Assembly: GCF_008086595.1 (NCBI RefSeq)
Contig: NZ_RXYA01000003.1
Span: 82,129-146,128, forward strand
Direction: 5' to 3'
Source of the DNA: Acetobacterium paludosum
GTDB lineage: Bacteria > Bacillota > Clostridia > Eubacteriales > Eubacteriaceae
Length of the DNA stretch: 64,000 bases
In this document: piece after piece, positions 1-10,161 of the stretch
Layout of the letters: the number at the start of each line of letters is the position of its first letter
How positions within the stretch are numbered: the stretch's first letter is position 1
Program-made: the position numbers and the translations under genes
The notes under the pieces: model-generated
What the model was told of the DNA's origin: nothing
Databases searched by the model: none
Seen by the model: only the letters and a program-made list of their open reading frames with translations

Positions 1-261
1 GGAGTATCAGACCTCTGGGGGTAATATTACCTTGATTATTAACGCCAACCAAATGATTATTGACTGGCTGACCAAACATATTTCAAATATGGATAAAAAA
101 ATTGGCATCTACGCTAAAACACTTAAATAAGAATAGGATCGTGGATCGTGTGGCTTATGTTGTAAAAGAGCCTTCGATGATAAGATAATTTTGGTGTCAT
201 AAGCCAATCCTAAAAAACATAGCGGCGATCCCAATGGACATCAATTTTATCACATACAGCA

Positions 262-310
262 CTGAAAAATAAAGAAGCTGTTGCAATTAAAAAATTGCAG
301 CAGCTTCTTT
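262..310 (-). terminator. Putative rho-independent terminator of the RiPP/export operon: imperfect 15-bp inverted repeat (aagaagctgttgcaa / ttgcagcagcttctt), T-run on the minus strand
   Basis: Inverted repeat read directly just 3' of the stop of the 313..2463 gene; on the minus strand it is followed by ctttattttt. Confidence 0.45.
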
Positions 311-312
311 TA

Positions 313-2463
313 TCAAAGCAATTGCCGTTTTGCGTATTTATAAAAATAGGACTTGTTTTTCATCAGTTCCTCGTAGGAGCCTTCTTCAACAATATTTCCT
401 TTTTCAAGAACCAAAATCCGGTCACAATCCAGAATCGTGCTGAGGCGGTGAGCAATGACAAGGCGGGTCGCATCCAGATTTTTCATACTTTCCGAAACAA
501 TCTTCTGGGATCGGTTATCCAGAGCGCTGGTAGCTTCATCAAAAAAGATGATGGCTGGAGTGGCCGCAATAGCTCTGGCAATTAAAAGTTTTTGCCGCTG
601 CCCCCCTGACAGGGTACCTGCGCCTTCGGCCACCATGGTTTTAAGACCCATGGGCATTTCCCTGATTTCCTCATCCATCCCCACCTTTTTAAGCAATTCC
701 CAGACATCGTCTTCAGTTAATTCCTTCTTTGAACCAGCAATGTTGGACAGAATATCCCCTGGAATCAGCTGGCTGTCCTGTAGCACGACCCCCATCTGTT
801 TTCTGATTTCCCGGATATCCACACTTTCCAAATCGTAACCCCCACAGTAAATATTGCCGTTTGTTGGTTTTTCAAAACCGAGAAGCAGCCGTAAAAGTGT
901 TGATTTACCACTCCCCGACGCCCCTATAACGGCTACATATTCACCATGCCGGACCGTAATGGAAACATTGTCCAGTATGGTCGGTCCGCCTTCATAATAG
1001 CAAAATCGCAAGTGCGTGATTTCGATATCTCCCAAGATTTTTCCCGGGGTGGTTTTAAACGAATCCACTTCCGGGACACCATCGATAATGGGCTTTGTAT
1101 TCTCATATTGCGGAATCACACTGTTTACGGCAATCAGGGCCTGAACAAGGCCTAATAGAGATGAAATAAAAACAACAAATGCCGAATTGATGGCGACAAA
1201 ATCCCCAGGTGAAATGCTGTTAATACTCACATAATAATAGATGACACACATGCACAAGGTCGGTAGCGCAATGGTTGACAAACGCAGCAGTGCCGTAAGT
1301 TTTCCTCTTTTATACTCAACTTCCCGCTGCGCCGCATAGTCATTGACCCATTTTAAATAGGCCCGACTTTCGGCACCGGCCACCCGCAGTCGGGAAACTG
1401 AGGTAATCAATTCCAAAACCATTCCTGAAATATCGTTAGTCATTTTAATCGACTTTCGCTGACATTTCATCTGCATTTTTCCAATAATCAACGTGAGGAA
1501 AACGCTGAGAGCAGTTAAACCCATTGCGATAAATCCAATCGTCGCATTAATCGAAAAAATATAAAATCCATTAACAATCGAAAATCCCGTTGTAATGATC
1601 ATCGTGATCACATTGACCGATAGTATCTTTTGAATGGTTGCAAATCCGGTTGCCCGAAGTGCCAGAGCTCCTGATGAATACTGCTTGAAAAAAGAAGCCG
1701 GCAGGGACAGCAGTTTATCAAGCAGAGAATTCTGCAGAATTGACAGCTTACCCTGAATTCTCAGAATACACAAACTTTGAACCATTGTAAACAAGCCCCG
1801 ACTGACTGCAACAGCGACCAGTATAAAACCCACGACCAAAATGGTAATGGACTGATTTTGGGGAATCCAGACGTTAAAGGCCTGTTGCATGGCGATTGAA
1901 GGCAGCAGAGATAAAAGCGCAGCCGCCACCGCTAAAACAATCATCCCGATAAAATCTCTTCTTTGAATCAGCTTCGCTCCCAATTTCACCATTTCCCTAA
2001 AGGATACGGGTTCTTTAGGCAGCGGCGGATAAAAAACATAAGCATCTGAAAGCTCCAAACTTCCATCAACCTCTTTCGCCTCACCCTCGTAAGTCTTGCA
2101 TTTATAACGGGTTGGCGAGGACGGTATCAGCGCTACTGCCACTCCTTCTTTGGTGAATGCCAAAATGGGTCCGTTGTCCTTTTTGTACCAGTCATCTTTC
2201 AGTTCCACTAGCCGATAGCGAAAACCAGATTCTTCGGCAATCAATTTGAACTGGTTCTCACCGCTGTACAGCTTTCTGAGCGGCGGAATCTTCACCGCGA
2301 TTCCCATGGCTTCAGCAACTTTAACAACAGCGGAAATCAGGGGATTGTCTTCCAGTGTGACAGATGGCGTTTTTTTCGGGGATAATACTTTGTCAAATGC
2401 TTTTTTGGCACTTTTTTCGTATTTTTCCTTTAACTGTCTCATTTCTTCTAATTTCTTTGCCAT
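313..2463 (-). CDS. Bacteriocin/RiPP export ABC transporter, permease + ATPase; the N-terminal ~160 aa form a peptidase-like domain with no obvious catalytic Cys (NHLP/Nif11-type second exporter subunit)
   Basis: 716 aa; 6 TM region then an NBD with Walker A GASGSGKST, ABC signature LSGGQRQ and Walker B IIFFDEATSALD; no stop-to-start gap with the upstream PCAT gene. Confidence 0.8.
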   Translation of the reverse strand: MAKKLEEMRQLKEKYEKSAKKAFDKVLSPKKTPSVTLEDNPLISAVVKVAEAMGIAVKIPPLRKLYSGENQFKLIAEESGFRYRLVELKDDWYKKDNGPILAFTKEGVAVALIPSSPTRYKCKTYEGEAKEVDGSLELSDAYVFYPPLPKEPVSFREMVKLGAKLIQRRDFIGMIVLAVAAALLSLLPSIAMQQAFNVWIPQNQSITILVVGFILVAVAVSRGLFTMVQSLCILRIQGKLSILQNSLLDKLLSLPASFFKQYSSGALALRATGFATIQKILSVNVITMIITTGFSIVNGFYIFSINATIGFIAMGLTALSVFLTLIIGKMQMKCQRKSIKMTNDISGMVLELITSVSRLRVAGAESRAYLKWVNDYAAQREVEYKRGKLTALLRLSTIALPTLCMCVIYYYVSINSISPGDFVAINSAFVVFISSLLGLVQALIAVNSVIPQYENTKPIIDGVPEVDSFKTTPGKILGDIEITHLRFCYYEGGPTILDNVSITVRHGEYVAVIGASGSGKSTLLRLLLGFEKPTNGNIYCGGYDLESVDIREIRKQMGVVLQDSQLIPGDILSNIAGSKKELTEDDVWELLKKVGMDEEIREMPMGLKTMVAEGAGTLSGGQRQKLLIARAIAATPAIIFFDEATSALDNRSQKIVSESMKNLDATRLVIAHRLSTILDCDRILVLEKGNIVEEGSYEELMKNKSYFYKYAKRQLL

Positions 2464-2466
2464 GGT

Positions 2467-4668
2467 CTATCCCTCGGTTCTAATGAGATTTGCATACTCA
2501 CCGCCCAGTGTCAGCAGTTCGTCATGGGTTCCTCTTTCCGCCACTTCTCCGCCGCTTAAAACAATGATTTCATCACAATCGCGAATCGTTGACAATCGAT
2601 GTGCCACCAGAATGGTGCTGATTCCTCTTTTATTAATATTCTCACTAACCTGGGCTTCCGTTGCTGTATCCAGGGCGCTGGTGGCTTCATCCATAATCAA
2701 TATCCGCGGATTTTTGCACAATGCCCGGGCAATCTCAAGCCGCTGCCGCTGCCCGCCGCTCAAGTTTTTCCCCCCTTCGCTTAAAACATATTCAAAGGCA
2801 TTGGGCAGTGCCAGAATATCTTCATAAATACAGGCATCTTTTGTGGCCTGTATCACATCCGCTACTGGAATGGTTTCATCCCACATGGTGATATTATCCA
2901 AAACCGTCGCCGAATACATCACGATTTCCTGATCTACGGAACTCATGGTGTTATATCTCAGCTCTGCGGGAATATCTTTTATGTTAATGCCATCAATGAG
3001 TATTTCCCCGCTCCACGGTTGATAGAGAGTAGTAATGGTTTTTGCAATCGTTGATTTTCCGCTGCCGGATGACCCCACTAAAGCAATAGAGCCCCCTGCT
3101 TTTAGTTTTAAATTTAGGTCTTTGATGATGGGTTTTGATAAACGGTTATAACCAAAAGTCATATTTATTAGCTCAATCTCCCCATCCAGCTGATCGCAGT
3201 CAAAGCCGTCCAGAGAAATCTTTTCCGTTTCCAGCGCAATATCTTCCGGATATTTTTCAACATCATCTAGCCGTTGAATGTCAGCGATCATCCCCTGTAA
3301 CGCGGCGCTGGTGCTGACCAGTTCACTCATCGGCTGAGTAAATCCTGCCATCAGGGTGTTAAATGCGACAAATGTACCGATGGTCATGGTTCCCATTAAA
3401 ACAAATTCACCCCCAAACATAAATATCAAAGCTGTCAGGATGCTTGTCAGCAGGGTTGGCAGTACCGAGATAATGGCTTCCATCCCCCCCATGCGCTGTT
3501 CCACCGCCAGGGTTTCGGCGCTGAGTCCGGCAATCCGCGTGAAGAAATTGTCTTCCTCGCCAATCGATTTAATCGTTTCAATTGATTTCAGATTCACCAT
3601 GATCCAGCCAATGGATTTTCCCTGATACTGGAGCAGTACCCGGTTGTTGTCCGCATTTTTTTTAGCCGTATACTGGAGCAGCACGATATTAACGGCAGTA
3701 ATGATGATACCGATTAAAGTTAACGGAACATTATATTGAAATAAAAGGATTAAATATAGCCCCGCGGTGACTAGATTAACCAGTATCCGTGCTAAATTGC
3801 TGGATAAAGCTGTTGCAATCGTATTGATGCTCTGCATTCGGCTGTTGATATCACCGGATTGCCGCTGGTTAAAAAACTCCACCGGAAGTCTCAGCACATG
3901 ACGCAGATAGTCTCCGGCACTGTTGATGGCGATATAGTTTTCCATTCGCGCCAAAGCATTTTCTTTTAACCAGTTGAGAATCGCCTGGAGGATCACCGTA
4001 TACAATAAAATACCAAGAAAAATCGAAATATCAAACTGCTCCGAGTTGCTTAAATAATAGTCCACAAATATTTTCGCATAATTTGCAATCACCAACCCCG
4101 GAATAACCAATAAAACCCCAATAATTAAAACATAGATCAATGGCGAAACACCGCTTTGCGAAAGCCTTTTAAACAGTGCTTTCGATACAACCGGTTTTTC
4201 TCCAGCCTTAGTGAATTCTTCGCCCGGACGTGATTCGATGACCACCCCCGTAAACATTTTTTCCAGTTCTTCCTGGGAAACCACCCGCTTTCCTGAGGCC
4301 GGGTCGCATAAATAGACCTTATCGTTTTTAAATCCTTCCAAAACAACAAAGTGGCTGTAGTCCCAGTGAATAATCAATGGCATTTCCATATCCTTTAATT
4401 TATCCACCGTACATACAAATCCCTGGGCCTCTAAGCCATAAAGCCGGGCCGTTCTGGCAATGTTTCCGGCTTTTACACCGTCTCTGGAAACACCACAATC
4501 AATACGCAGCGTTTCCAACGTTTCATATCTACCATAATAGGCTAAAATCATGGAAAGAGATGCCACCCCGCATTCGACAGCCTCCATTTGCAGTACTACC
4601 GGCACTTTCGCTACTTTAGGCAGTTTTTGTTTCTCATCCCGACTTTTCTTGTGTTCTTGATTCGTCAT
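2467..4668 (-). CDS. Peptidase-containing ABC transporter (PCAT; C39 peptidase + permease + ATPase), LagD/SunT/CvaB-like
   Basis: 733 aa; N-terminal C39 motif with catalytic Cys (QMEAVECGVASLSMIL) and the later His/Asp region (HWDYSHFVVL); TM domain; NBD with GSSGSGKST, LSGGQRQR, ILIMDEATSALD. Confidence 0.85.
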   Translation of the reverse strand: MTNQEHKKSRDEKQKLPKVAKVPVVLQMEAVECGVASLSMILAYYGRYETLETLRIDCGVSRDGVKAGNIARTARLYGLEAQGFVCTVDKLKDMEMPLIIHWDYSHFVVLEGFKNDKVYLCDPASGKRVVSQEELEKMFTGVVIESRPGEEFTKAGEKPVVSKALFKRLSQSGVSPLIYVLIIGVLLVIPGLVIANYAKIFVDYYLSNSEQFDISIFLGILLYTVILQAILNWLKENALARMENYIAINSAGDYLRHVLRLPVEFFNQRQSGDINSRMQSINTIATALSSNLARILVNLVTAGLYLILLFQYNVPLTLIGIIITAVNIVLLQYTAKKNADNNRVLLQYQGKSIGWIMVNLKSIETIKSIGEEDNFFTRIAGLSAETLAVEQRMGGMEAIISVLPTLLTSILTALIFMFGGEFVLMGTMTIGTFVAFNTLMAGFTQPMSELVSTSAALQGMIADIQRLDDVEKYPEDIALETEKISLDGFDCDQLDGEIELINMTFGYNRLSKPIIKDLNLKLKAGGSIALVGSSGSGKSTIAKTITTLYQPWSGEILIDGINIKDIPAELRYNTMSSVDQEIVMYSATVLDNITMWDETIPVADVIQATKDACIYEDILALPNAFEYVLSEGGKNLSGGQRQRLEIARALCKNPRILIMDEATSALDTATEAQVSENINKRGISTILVAHRLSTIRDCDEIIVLSGGEVAERGTHDELLTLGGEYANLIRTEG

Positions 4669-4685
4669 GAGTCCTTTCCGCCTTT

Positions 4686-5510
4686 CTAGGAGATAATCAA
4701 ATTAATCAGATAATATTTATCTGTGAAAATGGTGGTTTGACAGGATGTTCCTATTTTTATTTGTCCATTAAAACCATTGTTGTCTTTTGTCCATATATAA
4801 GTTCCTTTATCATCAACCTTCGGATCGATAATAATTTTCATTTGAAGAGGATTCTGAACATCTTCAGTCACCTTGTTAATTTGAACATTTCGAACAACCC
4901 CTTTTAAATATCCATATTCGGCAGTAGGCGCTGTTTCAAGTGCGATATAAACCGCATCTCCCGACTGAATGGTCTGAGCCGCTTCATAAGTGGAATAGGC
5001 AATAATGACCGATGGGGTGTTTTCACCTTCTGTTTTTTCAATCTGGCAGAAAGCCGCGTTTTTTTGCAGCGTTTCGCCTTCCTGATAGTTAAGTTCTTCA
5101 ACAACGCCACTTTCCGTTGCATAAATCATGGTTTGACGTTTGACTTTGCTTTTTTCTTCGTCCGTCAACCCAATCCCTGTGGAAAATTCAGATCCCAGAC
5201 TCTCCATTGTAACCACACCCAGCAAATCCCCTTTATTGACATAATCGCCTTCGGAAACAGTAATTTCTGTCAAAACGCCTTCATTTTGACCCACTACTTC
5301 AACCGCACCTTCTCCATAGGCTATTGTTGCAGCCATGGTTGTTGTGATTTTTATGGGTACGGTGACTGAAAAAATAACCACGCCGATTAAAAAAATCAGA
5401 ATTCCCAATAAAATGAGCAAATTTTTAGGACCGATAACCGTCATTAATGCCGCCTGCTCATTTTTCTTTGTGCTTTTATCTTCTTTTTTTTGAAAGATGG
5501 ATTTACTCAC
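4686..5510 (-). CDS. HlyD-family secretion (membrane-fusion-like) protein, short form
   Basis: 274 aa; single N-terminal TM helix, then a biotin-lipoyl-like beta hybrid segment (ITVSEGDYVNKGDLLGVV); lies between the PCAT and the rest of the operon and overlaps the upstream gene by 8 nt. Confidence 0.6.
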   Translation of the reverse strand: MSKSIFQKKEDKSTKKNEQAALMTVIGPKNLLILLGILIFLIGVVIFSVTVPIKITTTMAATIAYGEGAVEVVGQNEGVLTEITVSEGDYVNKGDLLGVVTMESLGSEFSTGIGLTDEEKSKVKRQTMIYATESGVVEELNYQEGETLQKNAAFCQIEKTEGENTPSVIIAYSTYEAAQTIQSGDAVYIALETAPTAEYGYLKGVVRNVQINKVTEDVQNPLQMKIIIDPKVDDKGTYIWTKDNNGFNGQIKIGTSCQTTIFTDKYYLINLIIS

Positions 5511-6645
5511 TGCTTTGTCCTCCCACAGTCGGCTTGTTGTTTTTCACCAATTGATTTCCGACATAGGTCTTTTGGAATACCGGAATACTACTGACAAGCC
5601 GTTTATCGAAGCTTACGGTACCATAAAGAGTATCAAAACTGTTATCTGCCAAAACTTTTTTTATCTCTTCCACATCAAGACTTTGGGCCTTATTGGCGAC
5701 ATCTGCCGCTAGATGCAAAGCAAAATAGGCCTGGGCTGCCGGTAAATCAGGGTCTGTCCCAAAAGCACTTTTGTAAGCCTTTATGAAATCAGCCTGAGGA
5801 CCTGCTTGAGCGTTATTGTCGAAATAACTGGTCACCTGAATCAGTTTTTTCATGTTTTGGGGAATCGTAACGGGTTGAATTTCAATATCATAACTGAGAT
5901 AAATCGGTCGGGTATTTCCGGTTTTATCCAAATCATCAAAAAGGGTTGTAATGTCATCCCCAACACAGGCAGACACAATGGCCTGTGCCCCGAGGCTATC
6001 CCATTTTTTTACATAATATCTGAAATAATCAAGATTTGGCAGATAGGAAACGGCATCCACAATTTCAATTCCTGCCGCCGTGGCATATTCTTCGAAACTC
6101 TGCATATAATCTTTTCCATAGGTATTGCCGGGACTATGAACAAACACTACCTTGCTGATCCCCTGGACCACCAAACTCTGAACCATCTCGTTGGCCATGG
6201 AATTTTCTGAAGGAGCACAAAGATAGGCCCCCTCATTTCCCGAAAGATTTATTTTCGAAGTGGCGATTATGGGTGAAAAAAGGATCTTATTATTCCGCTG
6301 ATAAATACTGGCCACTTTCAGCACATCATCAGTGCTTCGATGACCGATCACAATGGGAAAGTCATCATTTCCCGCCACCATTGTGGCCACTTCAACAGCC
6401 GTATTAGTGTTATCTCCGTCATTAACATAATTTACTTCAATATTTCTATTCAGGATACCTCCCTGTTCATTGATTTCAATGGCTGCCAGCTTCAGGCCGT
6501 TGGCAAATGTCGCCCCGTAATCTTCAGAAAATGGATAAATGGCATCCACTGACAGGGTCCCGGTGTCCGACGTTTTACCGGTACAGCCGCAGCAGATCAT
6601 CCCACATATTAGCATAGCTGATAGTATCATTAGATATTTTTTCAT
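5503..6645 (-). CDS. Lipoprotein, periplasmic-binding-protein type I fold (Leu/Ile/Val-binding / ANF-receptor-like substrate-binding protein)
   Basis: 380 aa; signal peptide with lipobox (LICGMICCGC); type I periplasmic binding protein fold along its length; embedded in the RiPP operon. Confidence 0.65.
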   Translation of the reverse strand: MKKYLMILSAMLICGMICCGCTGKTSDTGTLSVDAIYPFSEDYGATFANGLKLAAIEINEQGGILNRNIEVNYVNDGDNTNTAVEVATMVAGNDDFPIVIGHRSTDDVLKVASIYQRNNKILFSPIIATSKINLSGNEGAYLCAPSENSMANEMVQSLVVQGISKVVFVHSPGNTYGKDYMQSFEEYATAAGIEIVDAVSYLPNLDYFRYYVKKWDSLGAQAIVSACVGDDITTLFDDLDKTGNTRPIYLSYDIEIQPVTIPQNMKKLIQVTSYFDNNAQAGPQADFIKAYKSAFGTDPDLPAAQAYFALHLAADVANKAQSLDVEEIKKVLADNSFDTLYGTVSFDKRLVSSIPVFQKTYVGNQLVKNNKPTVGGQSSE

Positions 6646-6654
6646 AACGCTCTC

Positions 6655-8358
6655 CTAAATAAACTCAGAAAATAGAATCAGATAATGGTCACTCATTTTC
6701 GTCAACAACTTATTCATGTTCTCGGAAGACAGCTTCAGTTTGTCTGACAGCTCTTTTACTGAAAGTCTTCCCGCATACTTTAGCATGTCTAGCTCGATCT
6801 GATTCATAGCCTTTATATCCAGCATTGAAAAAGCGGGGATTTTTTGAATGATCCAGTTGTCTTTTTCTGCTTTACTTAATTCATACCATTCTTTTAAAAG
6901 GCCATCATATTCAATGAGTTTTGAATAGTAACGAAACATCACTATATTTTTAGCATAGATATATTTAAAGTATCCTCCTGCAATGCCATATTTCAGAGCC
7001 AGTTGAAAGTCCTGCTTGATTCGTTCTTTTGGAATAAGCCCTTTTTCAAACTGTTCCTTCATTCTTTGGGAAATTTTTGTAATAAAACGGGAACGACCCA
7101 TGCAGACTTCTGGCAACGAAAGTCCCCATGTATGATTTACCGGAAAATCCTCAAAGGATGTGATATAGTCACGGTCTTCCAGCACAATCTGAAAATCTTC
7201 GGGATGATTATAAATTTTGGTTCCCGGCAGCGGCATGATAAAGGTGGTGGATAAATCCAGGAGTCCCGGTGCCAAACTCAAAAGTTTCAAAACTGCTTTT
7301 GTTGTCTCTCTAAGGGTTTCTTCTGTCTCCAAAGCTCCGCCAATGATATAATTTCCGGTTAACTGGGGCAGTCCTTCTTCATAACAGATTTCCACCACTT
7401 TTTTGATATCCTCCGGTTTTGCTTGTTTGCCATAGGCCTTCAGCACTTCTTCCACTCCCGATTCCATGCCGATCTGCATGCGAACCATGCCTGAGTCGAT
7501 CATCTCCCGGATCAGTCCCGGATGCTTCACCAGAAATCCGGGATGCCCTTCGCAAAACCATACAAAATCATGTTTTTTTCGAAGCTCTCTTAATCCAGCC
7601 AGGAGTAACTTCAACCTATCCGGATCTGTCGTCAGAGTATCATCAGTAAAAAACAGATACCGTGGCCTGTGACTGTTTGACAAGCGTTGTTCGATTTCTT
7701 CTAACACATCCTCGACGGGACGCATTCTCAATTTTTTTGAATTGCCCCCTTCAAAACAGAAAGCGCAGCGGTAGGGACAGCCTCTGGCTGTAATCACCGA
7801 TAGCAGCGGCCTTTCCCGATAATCCAAGACATCCTCATGACAAGGCAATTGGTACGTTGAAAAATCATTTATCTGAACATAATCGGCATTTTCACCCGTT
7901 CTTATTTCTCCCGGAACCGCCGTTTCGCTACCTGTGATTTTTCCGGTTAGCCACTCGATCAGGGTTTCTTCGCCTTCTCCTTTTATGATGGCATCCGCCT
8001 GGTAAACATCCAAATCTGTTGCTGTCATATGGCGGGTATGAGGGCCTCCCAGAACAACATAAAAGTCATAGCGGCTCTTCAGGTATTTAATCATCGACGC
8101 CACCGCCGATTGATTGTCAAAATCACAGTAAAAACAGACTGCAAAGAGATTATCTTTCATTTTTTCAATGGTTTTCACCGTGTCGGTGGTAATCCCGGTA
8201 TAGGCGTTCGCATCAAAACCATGGGCATTCAGTTGGGCCGCCAGGGTTAAAATCCCCAGATTTTCAATCATTTCAAAGGTCCGACCTCTGACCATTCGCT
8301 GGGTATAGATGAGCAAAACTTTGGGTTTTTCTTTTATGGTTGCCGATATAAAATCCAC
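6655..8358 (-). CDS. Cobalamin (B12)-binding radical SAM enzyme (class B rSAM) with a C-terminal RRE-like extension
   Basis: 567 aa; N-terminal B12-binding Rossmann-like domain; rSAM motif GCPYRCAFCFEG (CxxxCxxC); C-terminal ~190-aa extension shared with the paralogs. Confidence 0.85.
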   Translation of the reverse strand: MDFISATIKEKPKVLLIYTQRMVRGRTFEMIENLGILTLAAQLNAHGFDANAYTGITTDTVKTIEKMKDNLFAVCFYCDFDNQSAVASMIKYLKSRYDFYVVLGGPHTRHMTATDLDVYQADAIIKGEGEETLIEWLTGKITGSETAVPGEIRTGENADYVQINDFSTYQLPCHEDVLDYRERPLLSVITARGCPYRCAFCFEGGNSKKLRMRPVEDVLEEIEQRLSNSHRPRYLFFTDDTLTTDPDRLKLLLAGLRELRKKHDFVWFCEGHPGFLVKHPGLIREMIDSGMVRMQIGMESGVEEVLKAYGKQAKPEDIKKVVEICYEEGLPQLTGNYIIGGALETEETLRETTKAVLKLLSLAPGLLDLSTTFIMPLPGTKIYNHPEDFQIVLEDRDYITSFEDFPVNHTWGLSLPEVCMGRSRFITKISQRMKEQFEKGLIPKERIKQDFQLALKYGIAGGYFKYIYAKNIVMFRYYSKLIEYDGLLKEWYELSKAEKDNWIIQKIPAFSMLDIKAMNQIELDMLKYAGRLSVKELSDKLKLSSENMNKLLTKMSDHYLILFSEFI

Positions 8359-10085
8359 TTATTTCCCTCCATTTTATTTAGGGATCGCTCTGCTTCCGCA
8401 TAGAAATTAAGATTCTGCTCCTGAGGATCGAGATTCTTTCTGCCCTGCTGAAGCACTTCTTTTTTTGAAAGCTTTCCGTTGCACAGCTTCAAGAGCGTAT
8501 AGTCTGTTTCATCCAAAGTCTTGTCAAAAATTTTTGGTTTTTCTCCGCTGACATCCGTGTACAGCCATAATTCAAAAGTTCGATGAATAATCGCCTCTTG
8601 TTCAGCTTTTCCCAATTGATCATTTAAAACATACTCATCCGAAGCGCGCATTTTCCAGTAGGCATCATCAATGGGAATATTTTTATAGACATAATCATTC
8701 CAGCGGGTAAAAACCCCGTATTCCCGACCCAATCGGTAGGAATCCAGAATCACTGCTTCCGGAATTTTTCCGTCAAAATAAATTTTGCGCATTTCATTCT
8801 GGAGGCGCTTATTAGCCTGCAACCGAATATTTGTCAGATCAGTAAAATCCAGCTCTGCTGTTCTGGAAAGCGGAATATCTTCGTTGCAGCAATCAATCAG
8901 ATCTTCATAAATTTCCATGCCAAATTTCTCCGGGTTAAGGGTAATCGGCGTTTTGGGATAGGGTAGAAATGAAAAATAAGCGGTTTCGAATTGCCCCGGG
9001 GCATCGTAGAGAAGTTCCATAATCAAGTCTTCAGATTCTTGAATGGTTTCCCGGGTTTCATGGGGACCGCCGATAATAATATTACCGGAAATGCCATGAA
9101 TACCCGATTCAACGCAATGATTAATCACATTCACTGCCATTTTTCGGGTGATTTTTTTGTTGTAACTTTTTAAGACCTGATCACTTCCGGATTCCAGACC
9201 AAAAAAGATCTTCTTTAGACCGGCATCCGCCAGATTCTTCGCCATATCGCGATGCTTGTCGATGGTTGAAATATGAGCGCTGGCAAACCACACAAAGTCA
9301 TAGTCTGCTCTGATTTTTTTTATTTCATCGCAAATCTGATTCACCCGTTTATTATCTAAGGTAAAGGTATCATCCAGAAAATTAATGTAGTTAATAGCCG
9401 GATTACGCTCAAAATTCCCCCGAATTTCCTTCATCAATGAAGGAACCGAGTGACGACGCACCCGCTTGGCATTGGCCCCTTCATAACAGAAGGTACACCC
9501 AAAGGGACAGCCCCGTCCGGTTAAGATGGGCAGCAGTCCGTAATATTTATAGTCGTTGGTCAGGGTGATATCCGGCCAGGGAATATCGTCCAGGTCTTCT
9601 GGCGGCTTTCTAGGCTCGGTTTCCACCAATTTTCCTTCTTCATCCCGAAAAATAATCCCCCGGATGTCTTTCAGCGCTCCTTTTTGCGCGATAAAAAAAT
9701 CCATTAATTCCAGAATGGTTTCTTCACCCTCGCCAATACAAGCGGCTTCGATGGATGCTTCTTTTAAAAATCCGGCATCCATCCCCGCCGTCTGAGGCCC
9801 TCCCGCCAATAAAGAAACTTCTGGAAAAAGCTTCTTCACTTCTTTAGCAAAAATTGTCACCCAGTGAATGTTGTTGAAGTCGCAGTAAAAGCCAATGATT
9901 TTGGGTTTGTCTTCTTTTTCCATCAATTCTTTGACGTAATTCATGGCTTCTTTGGCATAGCCCTGAAACATCTGGACCTCATAGCCTTTATTCGTTAATA
10001 ATTGGGTCAATATATTCATTCCCAGGTTGCTCCCGGGAATATAACCGCTGACATAGCGATGTGATTTGATCAATAATAGTTCCAT
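8334..10085 (-). CDS. Cobalamin (B12)-binding radical SAM enzyme (class B rSAM) with a C-terminal RRE-like extension
   Basis: 583 aa; rSAM motif GCPFGCTFCYEG; B12-binding N-terminal domain; overlaps the downstream gene by 25 nt (translational coupling). Confidence 0.85.
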   Translation of the reverse strand: MELLLIKSHRYVSGYIPGSNLGMNILTQLLTNKGYEVQMFQGYAKEAMNYVKELMEKEDKPKIIGFYCDFNNIHWVTIFAKEVKKLFPEVSLLAGGPQTAGMDAGFLKEASIEAACIGEGEETILELMDFFIAQKGALKDIRGIIFRDEEGKLVETEPRKPPEDLDDIPWPDITLTNDYKYYGLLPILTGRGCPFGCTFCYEGANAKRVRRHSVPSLMKEIRGNFERNPAINYINFLDDTFTLDNKRVNQICDEIKKIRADYDFVWFASAHISTIDKHRDMAKNLADAGLKKIFFGLESGSDQVLKSYNKKITRKMAVNVINHCVESGIHGISGNIIIGGPHETRETIQESEDLIMELLYDAPGQFETAYFSFLPYPKTPITLNPEKFGMEIYEDLIDCCNEDIPLSRTAELDFTDLTNIRLQANKRLQNEMRKIYFDGKIPEAVILDSYRLGREYGVFTRWNDYVYKNIPIDDAYWKMRASDEYVLNDQLGKAEQEAIIHRTFELWLYTDVSGEKPKIFDKTLDETDYTLLKLCNGKLSKKEVLQQGRKNLDPQEQNLNFYAEAERSLNKMEGNKWILYRQP

Positions 10086-10161
10086 CTTCCACCTATCCCC
10101 CTTGAACTGCCGACTGCAACTTTCTCAGTCAGTACTTCGAAGGGGAAAATCCCCTTCTTTT

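Noticed and set aside
295-585. Plus-strand ORFs overlapping the ABC transporter genes (295..585, 455..838, 946..1155, 2246..2827 and similar antisense ORFs throughout, e.g. 12806..13063, 13181..13627, 14867..15211, 20003..20335, 50020..50442)
   Set aside because: Each lies antisense to or inside a long, domain-rich gene with clear homology motifs, has no RBS or domain signal of its own, and is typical shadow-ORF noise in a six-frame track.
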